Below are positions 42,324 through 48,978 of a stretch of 48,978 bases of DNA, one piece after another (position 1 is the first letter of the stretch; each line of letters begins with the position of its first letter). The translations under genes and the position numbers were made by a program. The stretch is taken from assembly GCA_963579845.1 (NCBI GenBank), contig CAUZHS010000005.1:1-48978 (forward strand), written 5' to 3'. The notes beneath the pieces were generated by a model, which did no database searches, was not told where the DNA came from, and saw nothing but the letters and a program-made list of their open reading frames with translations. This DNA is from Dehalococcoidia bacterium. Lineage in GTDB: Bacteria > Chloroflexota > Dehalococcoidia > Lucifugimonadales > Australimonadaceae.

Positions 42324-43345
42324 CCGTTTCCGTGAACCCTATCCAGGATACGTTCGGCAGGCCGGTCCACGACCTCCGTATCTCTGTTACCGACCGCTGC
42401 AACTTCCGGTGCCCCTACTGCATGCCCCAGGAGGTATTTGGAGAGCGCTACCGGTTCCTGCCCAAGCCGGAGCTCCTCACCTACGAGGAGGTCGAGCGGC
42501 TTGCCCGCCTCTTTGTGGGCCTGGGCGTCTCGAAAGTGCGCATTACCGGCGGCGAGCCCCTCGTGCGGGCCGACGTTGCGAAGCTACTTAGTAAACTCAC
42601 AGCCATCGAGGGAGTCCGCGACCTCACGCTCACCACCAACGGCTACCTGCTGTCCGATTTCGCCCAGAGCCTTAGCAATGCCGGTCTCCAGCGCATCACT
42701 GTTAGCCTGGACAGCCTGGACCCCGAGGTCTTTGCAGAAATGAACGGACGCGGCTTCAGCCCCGAGCGCGTCCTTGAGGGCATCGCCGCTGCTGAGCGGG
42801 CCGGCCTGCACCCCATCAAGATCAACTCCGTCGTCCAGCGGGGCGTTAACGACCATACGGTGTTGGATCTGGCCCGGCGTTTCAAAGGCACTGGTCACAT
42901 CCTGCGCTTCATAGAATATATGGACGTGGGCACCATCAACCAGTGGCAGTCCGCCCAGGTAGTCCCCTCCGCCGAGCTGGTGGAACGCATCGACGCTACA
43001 TTCCCCATCGAGCCCCTGGAGCCCGCCTATCGTGGAGAGGTGGCCAAGCGCTGGGCCTACCGGGACGGCTCCGGCGAGATCGGCTTCATCTCCTCCGTCA
43101 CCCAGCCCTTCTGTGGCGATTGCAGCCGGGTACGCCTCTCACCGGAGGGTCAGATATACACATGCCTCTTCGCGGGCTCGGGTACCGACCTCCGGGAACC
43201 TTTGCGAGCCGGGGCCACCGACGACGAGTTAACGGCTATTATTATCGGGGTCTGGCGTGGCCGCGCCGATCGCTACTCCGAGCTCCGCACTGCCTACCCG
43301 GATGCGCCCCAGCCCAAAATCGAGATGTATCAGATTGGCGGATAG
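42320..43345 (+). CDS. moaA: GTP 3',8-cyclase MoaA
   Basis: LRISVTDRCNFRCPYCMP, RITGGEP, FCGDCSR..CLF, C-terminal IGG. Confidence 0.97.
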   Translation: MTVSVNPIQDTFGRPVHDLRISVTDRCNFRCPYCMPQEVFGERYRFLPKPELLTYEEVERLARLFVGLGVSKVRITGGEPLVRADVAKLLSKLTAIEGVRDLTLTTNGYLLSDFAQSLSNAGLQRITVSLDSLDPEVFAEMNGRGFSPERVLEGIAAAERAGLHPIKINSVVQRGVNDHTVLDLARRFKGTGHILRFIEYMDVGTINQWQSAQVVPSAELVERIDATFPIEPLEPAYRGEVAKRWAYRDGSGEIGFISSVTQPFCGDCSRVRLSPEGQIYTCLFAGSGTDLREPLRAGATDDELTAIIIGVWRGRADRYSELRTAYPDAPQPKIEMYQIGG

Positions 43346-43348
43346 GGC

Positions 43349-43627
43349 ATGCCAGCCGATTCGGTACTGGACTATCGCATCACATTGCACTCGACCCTTG
43401 AAATGGAATGGCGACAGATTCCCGAAGTGACAGTCCGTCGTGTGCTTCCCGCTCCTGAGCAGCGTGCTGATTTTGAACCAGGCCGTGTGGTATTCGAGTC
43501 GCAGATGCGACTGGGTGAGCCGAGTAGCATGGTATCTGCTCCGCGCTTTCGTGGACGTGGACCAGAGCCATGCGAAGGTAGGGACCGTTTGCCGGAGGAG
43601 CAAGACCAGAAGTCCTGGGAGGGATAG
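43349..43627 (+). pseudogene. DUF4258-like putative toxin, frameshifted
   Basis: YRITLHS..EM..RQIP..VRRVL.APEQ N-half; C-half WYLLRAFVDVDQSHAKVGTV lies in another frame. Confidence 0.65.
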
Positions 43628-43629
43628 CC

Positions 43630-43827
43630 ATGAAGATCACCTGCAATCAGGCGAACGACACATTGATGGTAGTGCTCAAGAAAGCACAGGTTGCCGGGAG
43701 TGATGAGGAAAAGCACAGGATCATCCTCGACCATCACACACACGGCGACCTTGTTCCTCTTGAAATCCTCGACGCTTCTCGGAGAGTAACCGAGGCAGGC
43801 AGGGTCGACTTCAAGGCTACAGGATAG
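43630..43827 (+). CDS. DUF2283-like putative antitoxin (divergent, possibly decaying)
   Basis: MKIT..DTL.V, SDEEK..IILD...GDLV.LEILDASRR. Confidence 0.75.
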   Translation: MKITCNQANDTLMVVLKKAQVAGSDEEKHRIILDHHTHGDLVPLEILDASRRVTEAGRVDFKATG

Positions 43828-43831
43828 TTCT

Positions 43832-44728
43832 ATGATCGATATCTATACCGACGGCTCCTGTCTCAAGAACCCGGGCCCCGGCGGCTGGGCCGCCGTCATC
43901 GGCGTCGGCGAGAGCCGCCAGAGGCTCTCTGGAGACGACCTAGACACGACCAACAACAAGATGGAGATGATGGCTGTCATTAAAGGGTTGGAGGCACTGT
44001 CGCCTGGTTCGACCGTCACGGTCCACTCCGATAGCCAATACGTGATAAAGACCATGCTGGGCGAGTACAAGCGCGGGAAGAACCACGACCTCTGGGAGCA
44101 CCTCGATAGGCAGGCCCAACGGCACCGGGTCAGTTGGAAGTGGGTTAAGGCTCACGCGGGCGACCCTTTGAACGAGGAGGCCGACCGCCTGGCCAAGGCG
44201 GCCATGACCGGTGCGGCCCGACGCCTGTCTGCCCGTGGCGACGGCGAGGTGAAGCCCAAGCTCAGCCACATCGATGCCCAGGGCAGCGCGCGCATGGTGA
44301 ACGTGGGCGCTAAGCCCGAGACCCGCCGTACCGCTGTGGCCCAGGGCACCATAGTCATGAATCCCGAAACCCTGGCTTTGGCCCTGGCCGGGCGCATGGA
44401 GAAGGGCGATGTTTTCACCGTTGCTCGTTTGGCCGGCATCAACGCCGCCAAGCGCACAGACGAGCTCATCCCTTTGGCCCATTCGCTGCCCTTGGACCAG
44501 GTTGCAGTGGACTTTGAGTCCGCTGCCGCTCAGGGACTAGTCACCATCACCGCCACGGTGGAGACCACCGCCAAGACAGGCGTGGAAATGGAGGCGCTGA
44601 CCGCCGTCGCCGTGAGCGCGTTGGCCATCTACGACATGTGCAAAGCCGCCGACCGGTCTATTGTCTTGCGCGATGTGCACCTGCTCTCGAAACGTGGCGG
44701 ACAGCGCGGCGACTACACCGCAAACTAG
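43832..44728 (+). CDS. moaC: Fusion of ribonuclease HI (N-terminal) and cyclic pyranopterin monophosphate synthase MoaC (C-terminal)
   Basis: YTDGSC.NPGPGGW, TTNNKME, SDSQY, WVKAH, NEEAD; then LSHID..ARMV, TGVEMEAL, YDMCKA, KRGG in one frame. Confidence 0.92.
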   Translation: MIDIYTDGSCLKNPGPGGWAAVIGVGESRQRLSGDDLDTTNNKMEMMAVIKGLEALSPGSTVTVHSDSQYVIKTMLGEYKRGKNHDLWEHLDRQAQRHRVSWKWVKAHAGDPLNEEADRLAKAAMTGAARRLSARGDGEVKPKLSHIDAQGSARMVNVGAKPETRRTAVAQGTIVMNPETLALALAGRMEKGDVFTVARLAGINAAKRTDELIPLAHSLPLDQVAVDFESAAAQGLVTITATVETTAKTGVEMEALTAVAVSALAIYDMCKAADRSIVLRDVHLLSKRGGQRGDYTAN

Positions 44729-44799
44729 CCAAGGTATCGTGACGCCTCCCGAGGGGCCGTCCTGTTGCCCATTGCGCCTCTTGGTGCTACATTCGCTCT

Positions 44800-44970
44800 A
44801 TGAGCACTGTTCAACGGAAAAAGCGTCCGGCCCTCGTCGAGTGTCCACTCATGACTTGTAAGAAGAAGTTCGAGGTAGAAGACGTGGACGATGATTTGCC
44901 GGACCACACCAAGCGTGACGGGCGGCGGTGTCCCCACCAAGGCCCAGGGCTGTTCGTCGACCGCCGCTAG
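44800..44970 (+). CDS. Small Cys/His putative Zn-binding protein (56 aa; not in ORF track)
   Basis: MSTVQRKKRPALVECPLMTCKKKFEVEDVDDDLPDHTKRDGRRCPHQGPGLFVDRR*; TTGCCC-17-TACATT promoter ends 6 nt before ATG. Confidence 0.6.
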   Translation: MSTVQRKKRPALVECPLMTCKKKFEVEDVDDDLPDHTKRDGRRCPHQGPGLFVDRR

Positions 44971-44997
44971 TCGCGTGATGGGTATAACGGCAGCCCT

Positions 44998-45062
44998 CGT
45001 CTTTCCGGCGGAAGTCGGGATCCAGAGAAGGGTTGGCAGGATTGTGCCTTCGCAGGGGTGAC
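44998..45062. repeat. Degenerate REP-like element (CGTCTTTCCGGCGGAAGTCGGGATCCAG...GCCTTCGCAGGGGTGAC)
   Basis: Resembles the palindrome at 37693-37718. Confidence 0.5.
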
Positions 45063-45187
45063 TCGTTTCGTGGCAAACTGTATATAATTCACGAGCTCTC
45101 CGCCCCACTTATTCCGGTTCCATAAGGCGTTGCAGCCTGAAAGTTGCAGGGCGGGGTACCTTAGTCTTATGCACGTAGGAGGGCTCT

Positions 45188-46099
45188 ATGACGCGTACCA
45201 CGAACCCCGTCCGTTTTGGCATCAGCGTGGGCGCTCAGCCTTTCGACAAGCTCGTTGCCGTGGCCCAGGCCGCCGAGGCCAACGGCTTCTCCACTATCTC
45301 CTTCGCAGACCAGCCCCCGTCCCCTGCCCCGGAGGCTTGGACCGTCGCCTCGGCCATCGGTGCGCTGACCAAGAAGCTGGTACTTACCCACGCCACCCTG
45401 AACGTGCCTTTCCGCCACCCCGCCGTCACCGCCAAAATGGCTGCCAGCCTCGATACCATCGCGGGGAGTGGCAGAGTTGAACTCACGATGGGCGCCGGAG
45501 GACAGCAGCAGCAGTACGAGTCCTACGGGCTGCCCTACGGCACTCCTGGCGAGCGCTTCGAAGGCCTGCGTGACGCTGTGGCCATTATGCGTGGCCTCTG
45601 GGCCAACGACACCTTTAGCTACGATGGACCGGTCTATTCCGTGAAGGATGCCACCATCGGCGTGAGGCCAGCAGGAGGCTCCATTCCCGTCTGGATTGGC
45701 GCCTTGGGTCCCCGCATGATGCGCTACACGGGCCGCGTGGCCGATGGCTGGATGAAGAACCGCGGCCTACCCGCCGACATGGAGGAACTGCGCGGCCTCA
45801 TCGCCCTCCTGGAGACCGGCGCCGAGCAGGCGGGTCGTGACCCGCGGATTATCCGGAGGGTACTCAACTCTCCCGCTGCCCTGGGCGAAAAAGCCATGGA
45901 ATCCCTAGCTTCAGGCCGAGCACCCGGCCCCGCCTATACCGTGGTCTCGCCTTTCCAAGGCACCCCTGAACAGGTCATTGACGCCATCGAGCGCTTCCGG
46001 GACGAGGGCATCGATACCTTCCACTTTCGCATCCCCGAAGACCACATCCTCGACCAGATCCCCATCTTCGGCGAAGACATCATCCCCAACCTCAGATAA
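45188..46099 (+). CDS. LLM-class (luciferase-like) flavin/F420-dependent oxidoreductase
   Basis: AQAAEANGF, RHPAVTAKMAASLD..SGRVEL.MGAG, IPVWIGALGPRM, ADGW. Confidence 0.93.
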   Translation: MTRTTNPVRFGISVGAQPFDKLVAVAQAAEANGFSTISFADQPPSPAPEAWTVASAIGALTKKLVLTHATLNVPFRHPAVTAKMAASLDTIAGSGRVELTMGAGGQQQQYESYGLPYGTPGERFEGLRDAVAIMRGLWANDTFSYDGPVYSVKDATIGVRPAGGSIPVWIGALGPRMMRYTGRVADGWMKNRGLPADMEELRGLIALLETGAEQAGRDPRIIRRVLNSPAALGEKAMESLASGRAPGPAYTVVSPFQGTPEQVIDAIERFRDEGIDTFHFRIPEDHILDQIPIFGEDIIPNLR

Positions 46100-46167
46100 A
46101 TCGCCTCTTTCTCCAATGGCCCCAACTTCGTCGCTGAGCATCACCCCCAGCCCAACCTTTATAAAAA

Positions 46168-46181
46168 GGAACAACCGTTCG
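46168..46181. promoter_or_regulatory. Possible LexA box (GAAC-N4-GTTC)
   Basis: GGAACAACCGTTCG, about 275 nt upstream of pcrA/uvrD. Confidence 0.3.
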
Positions 46182-46456
46182 TTAATGGAATAAGTCGCTT
46201 GCCCTGTATGAGCGGGCACCCCAGGCGCCAGTTAGCGGCTGACTTGGCCTACCGGTTGCCAGTTGGGCATCCCCTTGGTTTCCATCAGTGTCTTCGTTGC
46301 ACGTGTGCTGGTATGTGGGGACGGGCCTCCCTCGCCATGCAAGGAGGATTGAACGCCGCTGGTCTGGACGCCGTAGCACCTTAACAAACGATCAAGCAAA
46401 TACCCCCCTCTCTCTCGCCAAAGTGGCTCAAGGGCATGCCCTTGTATACTGGAAGG

Positions 46457-48679
46457 ATGGATAGGCGAGAGTCGCTTTTGGAAGGTCTGAACGATGCCCA
46501 GCGCGAGGCTGTCGAGCACATCGACGGTCCCCTGCTCATCGTGGCCGGGCCGGGCAGCGGCAAGACCCGCGTCATTACCCACCGAATCGCCCACCTTGTG
46601 CTCCACGTTGGCATCTCCCCCCGGCGCATCGCCACCGTCACCTTCACCAACCGCGCCGCCCGCGAGATGCAATCGCGCCTCGAACGCCTCCTCGGCCAGC
46701 GCTCTAAGCAGCTTACCGCCGGAACCTTTCACGCTCTCTGCGCGATGATTCTCCGCCGCGACGGTGAACCCATAGGCGTGGTGCCGGAGTTCGTGATTTT
46801 CGATGATTCCGACCAGATGGAGCTGGTCAAGCAGGCGATTGCGCAGGCAAAGCTCGACCCCAAGCAGACGCCGCCCCGGGCCATGCTCAGCGCCATCTCC
46901 TCAGCCAAGTCACAGCTCACTCCGCCGAACCAGTACCTTCTGCGCCGCAGCGGCTACTACGACGAGTTGGTGCAGCGCGTCTACACCCTCTACCAGGAGG
47001 CTATGTCCCGAAACCACGCCCTGGACTTCGACGACCTCCTCGCCAAGACCGTGGAGCTCTTCCGCGAGGCGCCCTCGGTGAGAGACAAGTACCAGGAGCG
47101 TTACATCCACCTCATGGTGGACGAGTTCCAGGACACCAACACGGCCCAGTATCAAATCGCCCGCGACCTGGCCGGAAAATACCAGAACCTCTGCGTAGTC
47201 GGCGACCCCGACCAGTCCATCTATTCTTGGCGCAATGCCGACCTCCGCAACATCCTCAGCTTCCAGCGCGACTACGCCCAGGCCAAGGTGGTCAACCTCT
47301 CCCAGAACTACCGCTCCACCAAGACCATCCTCGAGGCTGCTCGGAGGGTCATCGCCTCCAACCGTCAACGCCTTGATCAGGACCTCTTTACCGAGAACGA
47401 CCAAGGGGAACCCATTATCGTGGGCGAGGCTTACAATGAGGAAGAGGAAGCGATGGCAGTACTCCAGGAGGCTGACCGCCTTACCCGAGAGGAAGGCTAC
47501 AACCTCCGGGACATGGCGCTGACCTACCGCGTTAATGCCCAGTCCCGGGCGCTGGAGGAGGCGTGCCTCCGCTACGGCGTACCTTACAAGCTCATCGGCG
47601 GCGTCCGCTTCTACCAGCGCAAGGAGGTCAAGGACGTTCTCGCTTACCTCCGCTTCCTACACAACCCCTACGACCAGGTTAGCCTGGAGCGGGTCATTAA
47701 CGTGCCAACTCGGGGTATCGGCAAGCGCACGGTGGACGAGCTCACCGCCTGGGCTGCCGGTATAAGCGTTCCGGTGTACGCTGCGCTCCAGGTGCTGGCC
47801 GACGATACGATGCAGTCTCCCTTCGGGGCACGTCAGACGCAGGTGCTGACCGGGTTTCTGGGCCTGGTCAACGGGCTGCGTGAGCGTGTGCAGGACTTGG
47901 ACCTTCCGCAGCTCATCGACGAAGTCATCGAGCGCACCGGCTACCGTCGAAGCCTCGTGGAATCGGACGAGGCTGACGCCGAGGACCGGCTGGACAACCT
48001 GCGCGAGCTACGGGGCGTAGCCTCCGAGTTCACCGGCCTACCGGCCACCGATTCGCTTACTCCGTTCCTGGAGAGCGCGGCGTTGGTTGCGGACCAGGAC
48101 GCCCTTACGGAAGACCAGCAGCAGTATCTGACCCTCATCACGCTCCACCAAATCAAGGGACTGGAGTACCCCGTGGTCTTCATGGTCGGCATGGAAGAGA
48201 TGGTGTTGCCACATGCACGCTCCATGGAGGACCCCGATGAGCTGGAGGAGGAGCGGCGCTTGGCCTACGTTGGCATGACCAGAGCCAGGGAGCGGCTCTA
48301 TCTGTGGCGGGCCTTCCGTCGCCGCCTCTTCGGCATGAGCCAGCCCAACCCGCCTTCACGGTTTCTGGCCGACATCCCGGCTCACCTAGTGCAGACCCCA
48401 GCGCGGGCGGGCCAGCCTGTCGTTTCTGCTGCTGTGGCCTACGACCGTTGGGGCACGCCCGGTGCCCAACAAGTGAACGACGCTGTGGTTGTCGCTCCGT
48501 CGCCCTTCAAGGCAGGAGAAAAGGTGGAGCATGCGAGCTTCGGCAAGGGTGTCGTGGTGAGCTGCCAACCCAAGGCTGGCGACTACGAGGTAACCGTTGC
48601 ATTCCTTGGCAACGCCGGCATCAAGCGGTTACTCAGCAGCCTTGCCAAGCTCCAAAAGGCCGGCCAGGGCACCTCGTGA
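46457..48679 (+). CDS. pcrA: ATP-dependent DNA helicase PcrA/UvrD
   Basis: AGPGSGKTRV, TFTNRAA, VDEFQDTN, VGDPDQSIY, NYRS, EEERRLAYVGMTRA, C-terminal Tudor-like domain. Confidence 0.95.
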   Translation: MDRRESLLEGLNDAQREAVEHIDGPLLIVAGPGSGKTRVITHRIAHLVLHVGISPRRIATVTFTNRAAREMQSRLERLLGQRSKQLTAGTFHALCAMILRRDGEPIGVVPEFVIFDDSDQMELVKQAIAQAKLDPKQTPPRAMLSAISSAKSQLTPPNQYLLRRSGYYDELVQRVYTLYQEAMSRNHALDFDDLLAKTVELFREAPSVRDKYQERYIHLMVDEFQDTNTAQYQIARDLAGKYQNLCVVGDPDQSIYSWRNADLRNILSFQRDYAQAKVVNLSQNYRSTKTILEAARRVIASNRQRLDQDLFTENDQGEPIIVGEAYNEEEEAMAVLQEADRLTREEGYNLRDMALTYRVNAQSRALEEACLRYGVPYKLIGGVRFYQRKEVKDVLAYLRFLHNPYDQVSLERVINVPTRGIGKRTVDELTAWAAGISVPVYAALQVLADDTMQSPFGARQTQVLTGFLGLVNGLRERVQDLDLPQLIDEVIERTGYRRSLVESDEADAEDRLDNLRELRGVASEFTGLPATDSLTPFLESAALVADQDALTEDQQQYLTLITLHQIKGLEYPVVFMVGMEEMVLPHARSMEDPDELEEERRLAYVGMTRARERLYLWRAFRRRLFGMSQPNPPSRFLADIPAHLVQTPARAGQPVVSAAVAYDRWGTPGAQQVNDAVVVAPSPFKAGEKVEHASFGKGVVVSCQPKAGDYEVTVAFLGNAGIKRLLSSLAKLQKAGQGTS

Positions 48680-48978
48680 ACTCGCCCGAAGGGCCGATGA
48701 TCCGTCTTTCCATTATCGTTCCCGCCTACAACGAGGAGGCCCGTATCCGGCCCACGCTTGAGGAGTACGCCACTTACTTCACCCGAATCTACGGCGACGA
48801 CTACGAGATCATCGTGGTGATGAACGGCTGCACCGACGATACGCGGGGAGTGGTGGAATCGGTCCAAGCCCACGTGCCTCAATTACGCTTGTTGGAGTTT
48901 CCTCAGCCCACGGGCAAGGGAGGAGCCATCATGGAGGGTTTCGCAGCTGCTAAGGGTGAATTGTTCGCTTTCGTGGAC
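48676..48978 (+). CDS. Glycosyltransferase family 2 (3'-truncated by window edge)
   Basis: LSIIVPAYNEE, EIIVVMNGCTDDT, GKGGAI..GF; GTGA overlap with pcrA stop. Confidence 0.9.
   Translation, partial: MNSPEGPMIRLSIIVPAYNEEARIRPTLEEYATYFTRIYGDDYEIIVVMNGCTDDTRGVVESVQAHVPQLRLLEFPQPTGKGGAIMEGFAAAKGELFAFVD

Overview
Mostly core chromosome of a GC-rich bacterium. Gene content and protein style suggest Chloroflexota, probably Dehalococcoidia/SAR202-like; this is inference and no database search was run. Order: end of the spc/alpha cluster (secY-adk-map-infA-rpmJ-rpsM-rpsK-rpsD-rpoA-rplQ-truA-rplM-rpsI); a SAM-I-riboswitch-led SAM-recycling cluster (mtnA-mtnP-rhodanese-ahcY-metK, then a phosphohexomutase); a Cys-repeat lipoprotein; recF and an ABC-2 exporter; gatCA; an orphan winged-helix gene; dinB-OCD-DUF971; HU; TPP riboswitch-thiC-thiD; an aquaporin; argF-der-plsY; infC-rpmI-rplT; a split pheS/pheT with moeA; hsp20; rdgB-moaA-(decayed DUF4258/DUF2283 pair)-RNase H/MoaC fusion; an LLM oxidoreductase; pcrA/uvrD; and a partial GT2 gene. 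I found no CRISPR array, rRNA, tRNA, prophage, intact transposase or recognisable defence island, and no single large novel system is demonstrable. Best leads: the RNase HI-MoaC fusion operon, an uncalled leaderless 56-aa Cys/His micro-protein just downstream of it, the SAM-I operon with a rhodanese, a three-copy CTAG-bounded MITE-like repeat, a structured aquaporin leader RNA, a non-CIRCE operator at hsp20, an H1-like tail on L13, and several gene relics missed by the ORF track.
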